Origin: Phoronis australis
Lineage: Eukaryota; Animalia; Phoronida
Direction of reading: 5' to 3'
Assembly (NCBI GenBank): GCA_002633005.1
Contig: NMRA01000137.1
Location: 1-64,000 of the forward strand
Length of the DNA: 64,000 bases
Positions 14,534 through 26,700 of the stretch are shown one piece after another. The translations under genes and the position numbers were made by a program. Numbering within the stretch: the stretch's first letter is position 1; every line of letters starts with the position of its first letter. The notes under the pieces were generated by a model that saw only the letters and a program-made list of their open reading frames with translations, did not search any database and was not told the origin of the DNA.

Positions 14534-16429
14534 CCCCCCCTGGGTGCGCGCATGCAACAGCAAAAGTTTCGATGTTATGAAAGAGGACTTACATGTAACT
14601 ATTATCATGGTGACCAAATAGTGTTTCCTTACACCAGAATTTGAGAAGCATGATTAAAAATATATGAAGTTGCAAGGAACAAGAATTATAGGCTTGAAGC
14701 TTCACAATCCAACTTAGCTTATTTCCTAAATTAGAATTATTCATATTGTTGACTTGATAACCTGAATTAAGAAGCAATAAGCTACAAAACACGAATTGAA
14801 AGCAATTGAGACTTAAAATTTAGAAAAATATGAATCATTTTGTGACACCAAATCAAGCCTTGAACAATAGTTGACAGCCAAACACAAAACCATTTCAAAA
14901 TTATTTCAACTATTTTTTTAGATTAGTGTAAGATCACCTGAATGGGAAATTCACAGTAAAATAATTCGAATATATCTTATATTTTGCACAAAAAACACGA
15001 AAATTGAATAAAGTTCCTTTTTTGTAGCAACGTTTATCAAAATGTATCAACATTAAATCTTCACAAATTACAAAGTAGCCGATTGAACATGCCTTTCAGT
15101 TCAGCAAAAGTCGCCATGTTGTCGGTGCCGCCTGAAATGAGACGAAGTCCAACGGGAATTGTAAGCACATTTATCACTTAATGAGTAACAACTGCGAGGC
15201 TGAAATTTGGTGAACACTGTTGAGTCGTGCAGAATAGTAAGTAAAGATACGTCTAACTAAATTTCACCGTAATTTGTTGGCGAAAACAATTTACACAAAT
15301 CGTAACTTATCCTGCTGTCCTCCAATATGGCCGACGCGATCCAAACAAAGTGACCCAAATTTCGCCACAAAACTTCCAATAACTTTACACTGCTTGCCCC
15401 GATTTTGATACTTTTTCTATTTTTACTGAGTAGAATGCACTGACTTTCCGATGATAGCAAAGTACTTTTTCAAAACGAGAAAAAAATCAAAACGAAAAAA
15501 ATTGGTTCGACCCATATTGGTTCCTAGGTTAGACCGGCCTACGTAAGGAACTAAACACCAATGCTATTTTAACATAATAAGTACGCGTAACATTCCAAAA
15601 AATTCAACGACCACTAACTACAAACTATAAATACACTGCATATGCAAACGAATCACGAGATATTACTAATAAAATAAAATAATGAAGACTTTTCGAGCAA
15701 GCGATAGCACATTCAGTTACAAGGAAAAAATGGCGGCATTCAGGACAAGTTCCTGAACTGATGAGCCGGAAATGTGGGTACGGAAATAACCGATGACAGC
15801 CGGTAATTATATGCTCACAGAGAAGGGTCAAATACTGTTAAAAATCGCTTTTGGCAAGAAAGGCGAAAAGAATATAAAAAAGGGTGTCGAAAATAAGATT
15901 TTATGTAGTAAGTATTTTCGGATACTGGAACCACATGGGCAGTTTGAGAGCAGGACTTTAATAACTCTCAAAAGACTCAACGTTCGACTTTGAAACATTC
16001 CAAGTAGGTTTGAGCCATCCATAAATGTTATGAAGTATCATACTTTCGACTCAAAAAGCACCGGAAGTGGTCAATAGATGCCAAGGTCATTTAATTTTCA
16101 AAATGTTTTCCTTACATTTCTCAAGGAATTCTTTTTAATGTCAGCGTACAGGTATAAGTCGAGATCACAATCAAATGCGTTACTTTTCTTAGCAATCGGG
16201 CCATTCAACTAGAAAAATGGGTCAAAGGCTATTACACGTAAGTGCAATCTTCATCTTTGAGCTAGACAGTTGAAATTCACCTATCTGATTGGTACATGTA
16301 ATTGAGTTCTAATTCAATACTGCCTAATGGTATCTGGGAGAATTCTAGGGCCCCCTTGCCCCCCCCNTTTGAGAGAACCCATCCACCTCTCAATCGGGGT
16401 CGAATACCATCACAACGAGGAAAGTGGTG

Positions 16430-17890
16430 TGCTGACTGATGTGGCTTTGATGAAGTTAACTGCTTATTGATGATTAGATATTGAGAAATTTAAACGAACT
16501 TTGGTCGCAACAAACGAGATAGAGAGCAAGACGGGAAGCAGACGCTCGTCAAAGTCTCGTCGTGGCGTAAGTAATCATAGTTCATCTAGTTCTTCCTCTT
16601 CCAGGAAAGCTCTTCAAGCCGAGTTCGCTACCTTAAAATAAGAAATTAGGTTACAAGAAATTGACACTGAAGACTGTGCTGAGTTGAGAGCCATACGTGC
16701 GAATCCCAGCCTTGCGATATAGCCAATGTATGTCTGAATGCCCTTACTGAGACAAGTCGAGACGACAACCCATTATATTGCAGTCATCGGCTGTCCCTCC
16801 CGAAGGGTACACAGAGTTCTTTCCCTGTGTCCAAAAATAGATCAATATAACAAATTTAGCCCAATCCGTAGCTAGTCAAATCCAAAGTAGAAAGATACTT
16901 GCCCCAGAGCATGGGATTTTTATTGGGGAACTTCTGCACTGTCAACATTTGACGTTGAGATCATCAAGGAAATTCCAGACGCTGAGAAGTTGTGTTACCT
17001 AAACTGCTATCTGGTAGGGACAGCAAGGGAAGCCATTCTATCACAAGAGTCCTACCACTCTGCTCGTCCGTTACTAAAAGAAAAATATGGTTCGCCATTT
17101 GCAGTTACTGATACATTCAGGGATAAGCTTGAGTTATGACCCAAGATTGACTCACGTGTTGGAACAGGACTTGGGAAACTGTCAGACTTACTGCGTCAGT
17201 TTGCGCTGGACATGAAGACTCACGAAGGGCTCTATGTGCTGAATGACGAGAAGGAGAATAGGACGATGCTGCAAAAGTTTCTCGGTTGGATAGTGACGCA
17301 GTGGAGCAGGATCGTCACAAAACACAGAGCGAAAACGAAAGCATTTCCGCCATTCCATATCTTTTGCAATTTTATAGAGAAATAATCCATAATCACTTGT
17401 GATCGGTCCGCCTCCTTACATGCTCTGTACAAGGGCCAGCACAACGTTAAGCATTCCCCGACCTCGCCTGGTTGAAAGGCCACTTCCAAAAATCTCTTTG
17501 CGAACACGGAAGATGTGGTCTAGGGAAAAGATCTGCCACATGTGCAGAAACTCTGCAATAACGGCGACAGCTTGTCACGTCAAATGCATTGTGCTTTGGA
17601 TGCTTCCAGAAGTGTCTTCGTTCCAAGAACAGTCGTGTTAAAATGACATGGGACGTATGCTCCAAAGAGACATCCCACAACTATCTACGACTATAATATG
17701 GTCGACAAGAGCTTATCAGGAGCCAGTTCAGAGAATGCTGGTCAACAACAGTCGAATATTGATGCAGCCGAACCTCATTGGTTAAACTTACCTGGTGCAG
17801 TGTCTAAAACGTCAGCTGTTGTCCCTGCAATGCTCTCATATTCTGACAAACCCCACTGTGAACGACTTGCGATGCTTGACACGGTATAAC
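16430..17890 (+). mobile_element. Degenerate BEL/Pao LTR retrotransposon gag region
   Basis: About 16981-17390 reads EKLCYLNCYLVGTAREAI..SYHSARPLLKEKYGSPFAVTDTFRDKLEL*PKI...LSDLLRQ...LNDEKENRTMLQK..GWIVTQWSRIV...FPPFHIFCNFI (DUF1759-type gag), followed by frameshifted Cys/His knuckle remnants. Confidence 0.75.
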
Positions 17891-17910
17891 TCTTCTTTCA
17901 AGGCGCTAGT

Positions 17911-18341
17911 GGCCGGTTTCATGAAACAGTCCCAAACAGGGACTCAACCAAGGTCCCTAAGTCTTTTCGTGCATTTGTGTCGTTATGGACGCACAGATGC
18001 AATATTTTCCTTTCATTTCATCTTTATTATGAGCTCCTCATTGATAAATGACATTTTCTGATAATATAACTAAAACCTGAGCCCAGAGTTCATTGAAAAT
18101 AAATCGGGACTCAGTCCTTAAATTGGGGGCGTTGCATGAAAAGGTCCCTAATTATTTTCGATAATATTGACAATTCTACGTAGAGATCACTCTCGATTTG
18201 CATCAAAGTCAAAAAATGATTCAGTTATGAAACTAAAACAACACAAAAACGGCAATCGATGTTTTCACAAGTCCAAAAATACGCAGTGGATTTAAAGAAC
18301 TTAGTTGAGTCCCTATTTGGGTCTGTTTCATGCGACCGGGC
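17911..18341. mobile_element. PIF/Harbinger-like MITE beside the BEL/Pao remnant
   Basis: TIR ggccggtttcatgaaacagtcccaaacagggactcaac / gttgagtccctatttgggtctgtttcatgcgaccgggc. Confidence 0.65.
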
Positions 18342-18669
18342 ATTGGTGTCCTAGGTTGAGCAATTAAATTGATGTTATCTACAATGTCATCGGAAAACGA
18401 GGCACTAAATAGTCTGCGTGTTACTGAACGACTCAGCTTCGGAATGTGCACACTAGGAAGGTGATCCCGCTAAATCCTGATCACATACCTACAAAAAAGG
18501 ATCAAATCTCCGTTTCTGAAAGGTCCTAAACGCATAGAGGGCTCGTAAGTCCATAAAAATGTGCCATTGTGCAGAATGAAGTAATATGTGATTGAAGGTA
18601 ATGATAGCAGTGTGTTTCCTTCTATTTATTACGGTAAAATATCAAAAGAATGGGGGAATTAAAAAGACC

Positions 18670-19136
18670 TGTTAGTGCAGGAGCATAGGTCTTTTGTTTA
18701 CAATACTTTATGTCCACCAGGAGCGTTTTTGTCTTGAGGTATTTCCTAGATTCCATCGTAGTAGTAGTTTCTCCCGCTCGTAGGTAATTGTTTATTGGCT
18801 GTGAATATTTTGGTATTGTAGTCTAACCAATCAGAGCACCGGTGATGAGGCTTAACTTGAGCGTTCGTTTGTAGCGGGCATTCGGATATTGGTTCTTACC
18901 ATGTAAAGAGGGCTTAGTCAGGGTGAAAACCTCCAGTAAGTAACTTAAGTTTGTGCTTCACGTTTAACTGTACATGTAGGTCTGCTGATTGTATGTCTAG
19001 AGTAACGGTGTGGGAATATTTTGGTTACTTTATCTTAGAAGCTTCCTTATTGTTTGTAGAGAACCGTCATTTCAACAAAAATAAACGTTTTAAAGAAGCT
19101 GACGCGTTGTGCTGTCGCCCACTCTGTATATCTTCA
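18670..19136 (+). mobile_element. Possible LTR of the BEL/Pao remnant
   Basis: TG...CA ends, purine-rich tract (aaaagaatggggga) just upstream, AATAAA near 19080; no second LTR seen. Confidence 0.3.
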
Positions 19137-20518
19137 AGTGAAAATTAGTAACGACTTCTAATGGGCGGCACACCATAGGAGCTGGGGGGTATACCCCTAC
19201 TTTTTTCAGTGCTGCGCCGCCCGTGGCCTATGGGCGGTGCACCACAGGGGGCTAAAGGGGCTATAAACCCCACTTTTTTCAGTGCTTTGCCGTTCATGCT
19301 TGTAATTGAAAAGCTGATGCCAACAAGGCAAGTCACAAGAGTCGCTGCTGCGAAAATAACTCAAGTAACACAATTAAATTTAAGTTTATAAATATTCTCT
19401 GACACTTGCATTGTTGTTATGGGTAACAACAGTACTAAAAAGCTGAACGATTGCTCGGTACAACTTGCACTTTTTCATTATTGAGTATGTTAATGCTATG
19501 ACCTTGTGAACTTTCACAACTTCCGTGCTTGCGATTGACTAAAGAGGCCAGCACACAGAGCCACCTCTTACCAAATAATGTAAAATTAGGAGCGACTTAA
19601 AATCATTTCTCACAGGACGTGCAACTTTCCGAATATCAAATGCTTGAAACTATGTCTAACCATGTAAGAAAGAATTGACCTTTTGACATAGTCGCCATGA
19701 AGTGGCGGATTTGGGGGAGGGCAAGGGAGCCATGGCCCCCTCAGTAAAATTCTGTCAGATTCCATTTGGCAGTTCGATAATGCGAATGTCTGACGGGAAA
19801 AATCCTCACCAATACTCTGCCCTGCCCAACNTAAAAATCCTGGATCCGTGGATCCGCTCCTGGTCACAGGATAAAAAGACAGGAGCTACGTTCAGAAAAC
19901 CGCGCGGATCTTGCCACTGTTTCGCTGGGTGCCAACGATGAGCCTATTAATTTTTAGCGACAGTTATTTCCACGAAGTCTATTGAAATGTCGTCAGTCCT
20001 GTGTATTCTTTCTCACTTGAATTGGCCAGGACAAAAAGCTTGTAAAAACTGGCTCAAATATCAGTGTCACACGTTTAATATGGTTCTGTGAGATAACAAT
20101 TGGCAAACGATTCAACCGTCAAATCACTAACATTGGTTGATAGACGGTATTTATTGAACTGGTGAATAGAAAAGCAGGATTAATGTTTTATAATCTGAAT
20201 AGCAAAGTTAACAAAAGAGTATTTGGGTTGACAAAATGTGATAGCGTTCTGTACACAAGTATTATTTTTTTCTTCCCAGGCTACAGCTCTCATGGATGAG
20301 TCATAGCGTATATTTACGCGCGCTCGACCGTTATTTTTGCAGTCAACGACAACTACACAGATTGTATTTCTCAACGAGAGACGCCCAGGACAGTCATGCT
20401 CCACACTTGAACAGTCTTCGTACATGCGTACGTCTATACGCACAACTTGAATAACGCGGTCCTGTTTTGTCCTGGCTTTGAGTTTCCCTTTTAGACAACC
20501 CACTTGCTTTTAACAGAC

Positions 20519-20712
20519 ATGGCGTCCGGCGATGACTTGATGCGTGTAGCGAAGATTCGAAATGATCTCACGTGCCCTGAAATTTCCATAAGAGACATTT
20601 CTATTGAGGACAACGTTTTCGGTAGTGGTGGTTTCGGCAGTGTTCACAAGGGAAGCTACCGTGGAGAAGTTGTGGCTGTAAAGGTAATCGACTGGCGCAA
20701 ATACAGTGAACG
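20519..20712 (+). CDS. Kinase-TRIM-NHL gene exon 1 (kinase subdomains I-II)
   Basis: MASGDD...FGSGGFGSVHKGSYRGEVVAVKVID; donor cg|gtaggt. An acceptor-like ttttaacag ends at 20516, so an upstream exon may exist. Confidence 0.9.
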
Positions 20713-23700
20713 GTAGGTATACTTCAGTTTTGATGACATAAAATATGTTAATTGATTGCTTTTCCTGTGTAAAATATACTGTGAAAACCTTAACCGTTGG
20801 AGCTATACCAAACCCGAGTTAGGCCTATTAAAATATCCAGTACCCTGAAACAAATTTAAATACCCTGTAACCCTTGCCAACACTCAAAAGTTTGGAGCAA
20901 AGTTGGAAACTCCTCACAAGCGTGACCTACGCTTTAGGCGAATTACACGACAACTGTTAGGGAAATACCCACCAAAAACCATAACACCCAATCTTTGATA
21001 CAGAGTGAACTGTGTTTTTGGATGATTCCTTAAACATTTAGTGTTTGTTTAATTTCTTTCTTTGTCGTCCTTTGAACAAAAAAAAACAGGCAAACAGTGT
21101 GCTAAAATGCATTTTCCCTCAGCGGGAGAGGGAGCCTTCCCTCCCGACCTCCCCCTTGTCGCTGCGCGCCTCAGAAACGCGCTTCGCACGACACGTCGTT
21201 CTCACGAATTTGGGCCCCACTTTTCAAATCCTAGCACTCATATCTGTGAATCTTGCAGAAAAAATGGGACTCGCCTATCATACATAAGAAAGATAAGCAG
21301 TCGCAGTATTATCGCTTTTACACTCGCTATCAGGATCGCGCATCTAAGGCCATTTATCACCGCTCGGCGGCTATCGATCACACGATGCTAATTTTCACGG
21401 ATTTGAGTGTTTGTTCAAAGACTTGTTTAAACTCATTGGCCTATTATTTTCAGCCACAAGCAAATGATATTGGCCTGTAAAGAGGCACGCTCAATGTGCA
21501 TGGTTGAACACGCGAGCATTCTCAAGATATATGGCATCATTTTGGACGACTTGTGTGGGCTAGTACTAGAGTTTATGGAGCATGGCTCTCTCAAAGATTT
21601 GCAGATTCACACAAAGTTGGAAGGTTTTCACATTCCGATCGGTATACAGGTACTGTCATGTTTACTGAACTGTCTTCTCTAACCCAGATTGACAACTATT
21701 TATTCTTCTTAATACGCCTTTTAAGATCATATTTTTTGTAAACAAAGCGTCATGCTTGTACTAGTCCTGCTTGAAACCTATTACAAGGTTCTCTTTTGCA
21801 ATCTACTGATTAGAAATTCACACACCGAGGATTTATACATGCGCTAAACTAAACAGAGATTTATGGGAATATGTCCTATTGTCTGCGTGTTGTGAAAAAG
21901 TAATTGAATACGGAATGAGAAAAGAACAGCTGCTTGTGAGAAATGAAGTGTATTCAGGGGGAAAAGATGCTGTTTGTTAACAGATTCTTTTCTCATTGGT
22001 ATATTTCTTTCATTTTTCAATCGTTTCTCATCGACTTTGCATGATCTTGCGAATATAACTGATTAACGGTATGTGTTCCTAGTTGCAGGGTATTGATTTA
22101 GTAAATTGTGCAAAGTATGTGCTAAAAATTGTCAAATAGGGCCTACGTGGAACTCGTACAAATGAACATTCAGTGTAAGTTCTAAAGTATCCCATTCCAA
22201 CCTTGAAAAGAATACGTTTGGTTAAGGTTATGTCGAAAGTCAGTCAGGGTCTTTATTTTGTTAAGATAGGCCAGTCAGCTCCCAAGGATACTCACACAAC
22301 AGTTGCCTTTTACTATCGTAATTTTGCGAGATCTTGCTTGACACGTGGTCCGCGGGACGCTGCACGGTCGGTTCGACGAAGTGAAACAAGTGTAGACATT
22401 TTCTTACGATGACGATGTCTTAGAATAGACCTGACAGCCTTAGTACATTGAGCAGCCTAGTAATAACGTGTTACAGGTTCAAATGATGAGAGACATATCG
22501 GAGGCTTTGCGGTACCTGCACAGCCAGAATTTGGTTCATGCTGATCTTAAACTGGGCAACATTTTGATAAATGACAAAATGGAAGCCAAGGTAATCACGT
22601 TATAATTTACATGTAGGACAAATGAAGCGAGTTGGGGTCGTTTTTTGTCTTCATTAATGTCATACCATGGGTGTATGTGTGCGTTTGTGTTAATTAATTG
22701 GTTGGATTTGAAATTTTCACGGCACTAGGCTTGTATGGGTCAGTTCAAGAACCAGTCGATTAAACGACCATTTTTAAATGTCAAACAACGAACTTTTGCT
22801 TTATTACGTATTATGGTTATATTACACCTTAGCATCACTCTTAGAAATCTAACAACGTGTACTGTTTTAGCTTCGTGTTGGCTTACTACAAATGGATTTC
22901 CCTTCTGAGCGATTAACAGGTTACAATAAAAAGCATGTGTGTAAAATCTTTGACTGTTTCACCAAGAGTGTTCGATTTCTCTTTCGTTTTAGTTGGGAGA
23001 CTTTGGGTTGTCCTCATTTCAAGGCTTCACCAGCGAACTAACCAATTCCTCTCCCGCTAAAGGGACTTTATCGCACATGGCTCCAGAATTGTTCAATCCG
23101 CAATTAGTTGGGAGAGACATGCCCAAGAACTCTCCTCAAACGGATGTGTGGAGGTAATTAACATGTTGTCTGAACTGTAAGGTAATTTTGATTCATTTTG
23201 ATAACGTTAACGACTAATTGAAACAAAGTGTCTGATATTCGTCGAGGAAAACGTTTATTTTTGTTATAAAACTTATGATTGTTCAGAAAGTAGTAAATAT
23301 GTAATAAACGTTATCGATTTTTGAAGAGATAGACGTAACAATCATGTGATTGTTAGATCAGACACCTACGAAAATAATGTTTTCCTTTTTGTAGCTTTGG
23401 AGTTATGTTATTCGATCTCATGAATGAAGAATCACTGTTTCACGGTGCGTAAGTAAATTCAGTTGTGAGTATTCGCTTTTCTGTGAACTTGTTCCTCTCT
23501 GATAACGTGACTATAAGCCACCAGCAATTAAACCATAGGCATATTTAGGGGAGGGGCAGGAAACCAGGTCTCCACCAACCCAAAAAAAAAGAAAATGTAG
23601 CCAGCTTGCAGCTTTTGGGGTTTCCGACCGGACATTTTATCCGGAAAATTGTGGTTCCCTCCATTTACGACATCCTGGACCCGCCAGTGTAAACAACACC

Positions 23701-26700
23701 ACGTCTGTGTTGGTTCATTTGCTGGTGATGTGATTCGAAGCTATTATGCATTAAAGTAGGATTTTTGTCAGTATAGTAAAAAATTATTGTGATAATTCAT
23801 TTGAGGATTTTTTTTGTACGCTTGTATAAATCACACGCCGAGTACTGAGCACTAATGCTGTTTCAGGTTTGCAGCCAGATGTCATTAAACATCAAATTGG
23901 AAGAGGAATTAAGAATTACTGCATGGCTGAGGTAATGAAATGCGAACCAACTATTTTCGTAGAGGTGGTATCAACCTGCCTTGAGTATCAGCCGACAGAT
24001 AGAACGGATTTTGAGAGTAAGTGCTATCCGACCAAATTTCCAATGACGTTTAAAGATTCCTGTTTTATTCCATTCTATGTCCCTGTTTCCGTCTTTATGG
24101 TATTTCTCACTCTGGTTGAGATGGGCTCATGTTGAATGTCACAATCCATTTAGGCAGTGCTGTAGTGGTAAAATTAGAGCTAAGTAGGCGCTCAAAGCAC
24201 ACCGTATCACCTTGAGCACTGAACGTAACTTACGGTGCTTAGGTGCTACGTTCAAATGTCAAAAGGTGGTTGGCTGCGCCTACGTGCGCCTACGCCCCAC
24301 TACAGCATTGCATTTTGGTGAAGACGGTTGAGTTCGCCCACCTTTACTACCTAGCCTAAGTACAGGTTACAATTTTGCAAGGACGGTAGAGCGCTATTAT
24401 GAAGATCATTTCTACATTTCTAAAGAGAATTGTTGATTTGATTTTGGCAGACAAATCATCATAATTTTTCCCGCTCGATTTTTGGGTCCGATTTTGGCGG
24501 TTTTTCTACAACCGTTACAATTCATTTTTTGCTTGGTAGAAAATCATTTTGCTATTTGATAACTTCCAAAGGGAACGGTGTCTCAGAATCTCGATTTAAG
24601 TACTAGTTTTTTGGAACGTAGTCCTCAGGAATAAAGAGTGTTCTAAAAAATGGATAATGAAAAAACTAAGACCTATTTAAAAAATCTGTGATCGGATTCT
24701 CTCGAAAATTCCGTTATCAACATGTTGACAAAAAACCAATATGATTGGACGGACGATATCTTTAAAATCTCTGTTCAAAGAAAAAATAAAGGCAAGTAAA
24801 TACGAATGTTAAATTTTGTCAGGAAATTTATTTGCCTTTCAGAAAATATGTACTTTGTAGAGGACACATCTAACAGAATTTAACATATTTGCACACAAGT
24901 ACAACTTGGCAAACAAGGTTCACAACTAACTTTTTACATCGTTGCACGAACACACCCTATTGGTACAAAGACACGTGTATTTGTTCGACATTCTGCGACC
25001 TACGCTGTAGGGCTATTTTACCAGCTACAGGAATCAGAATAACGAAACGCCAAGGTAAAACAAAAGAAAACAGCAAAAAGCGTCATTTATAAGCAGTCCG
25101 AATTATAAAAATGACCACTTTATAGTGAAGGTGACTTTTTTGTTTGATTTGCCTTGGGTCATGGCCTAACAGCAGGCCACGCGATGTCATGTGCACGCCG
25201 TAATTATGACTGACAAAGATTTGACAAAACGTCAGATGACATTTGTAAAACAAATCTGCCGAAAGTATAACATAATTCACTGATGTATAGTTAGTAAGTT
25301 TAATACGAAATTCAGTGTAGTATTACAGTAGCCATAGTTCGTTAGTTAAGTAGACGAAGTAATGGCTAGTGCACACGTCTGTACCTTCACGTGCCACTTT
25401 TTACAAGTTCGACTTTTGGAATTGATATTTTACCTTCCCATAATACTTTTGGTATTGAAAACCATTCTAACTAATCCTAATATCGTTTGAAAAACACCAC
25501 TGACTCGATATAGTACCTATTTTCTTGACCAGAATTTGGCAAATAAAATGGCTAAAATTCAAATTAAACCAAAGTCGCGTGTACTTCCATTCCGTGGCTA
25601 TAATCATGAACAAGCTTAATCGGTCTCCTGGAAAAACCAGATCCGCTATTTTTTGTTAGAGAATGAAAGGGCACGTGGCTTAGGATATTTTTCGTATCTG
25701 GATCTAAATGGTGATTTGTTCCTATTTATAACGTGTAAAAATCTGTTTAATTTGGATTTTTACTGCCTCATTTGTTGCAACTTTTACCTTTGAAGGACGA
25801 ATTCACCCCCAGGCCGGGGCATAAACAGAAACTACATCCACGTGCTTGTTCGTGCTATTGTTGAATGTATTCCGTATTTAATCCATCTGAAGTACATGTG
25901 AACTGACAATGTTCTAGAAACTTGACCTTAATAGCTTCCGGTGAAGTACAATGTTCATGATAACGGGGCGAAATTGCCCCTGCTCTTCCTTGGATGACTC
26001 GAATGGGCCTACTCTTTCCCATTAAATAGTTCCTTTCAATGGCTGTCACCCTCTTCGGCTTCATTTGTCATTGACGGTACATGTACGTGCTCTAAGGATG
26101 ATTGGCAAGTGGCTAATGGGTTGTTATTGCAGTGGAATAAAGTGGCCTATATGTGTTGGAAACCGAAGTTTCACTAAAACAAATCGTTTCGTTTTAGGCA
26201 TAACACGCTTACTTCACGACAAGTACATTGGAGAGTTTGAGAAGTCTTACCGCGATGACATCCACACTTTGAATTACTTTCTTCAGGTAAATTTTTTATG
26301 ATGAAGTTTACTTGGCTACTCCCACTATCATCAGCCCCATGTGAGGCACCACCTATAGACCACGTGCGGCGTAGCACTGAAAAAGGTGGGGGCTATAGCC
26401 CCCCNGTGTTCACTTGAGCTTCTCTGAAAAATCGAGAGATTCGATTGGCACACAAGGGGCACTGGATTACTGAATTTAAAGCGTTGTTCGAGCTGTTGTC
26501 ACGAAAAAAATAAACATTTAAATTTCTTTTTGTTGAGAACCTCTGGTTTATACTTCGCCTATAGAGTTAGAGAGAGCTCATTTTTATGTTGTTCAAACAT
26601 GAACAACTACAATATAAGCCCAGAATATGATTTATTTTTGTACTTAAAATAGCCATTTTTGCTACCACGCAAGACTTGTCATCTCTTGTAACCTTACCAA

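Noticed and set aside
14240-15583. 17-bp direct repeat ttttaacataataagta at both ends, as a possible long TSD
   Set aside because: AT-rich; no poly(A) tail or retroelement features between the copies.
445-16300. Numerous 60-140 aa ORFs in the upstream region
   Set aside because: No domain motifs or splice-consistent chains; region dominated by TE fragments. Small exons could have been missed.
24843-24883. Alternative terminal exon for a kinase-only product (tttcag acceptor, stop after ~13 codons)
   Set aside because: Does not give the expected final kinase helix as well as 26198-26286 (FESITRLL), and a similar tttcagaaaatatgtac string recurs near 47718 in non-coding DNA. Cannot be fully excluded without RNA data.
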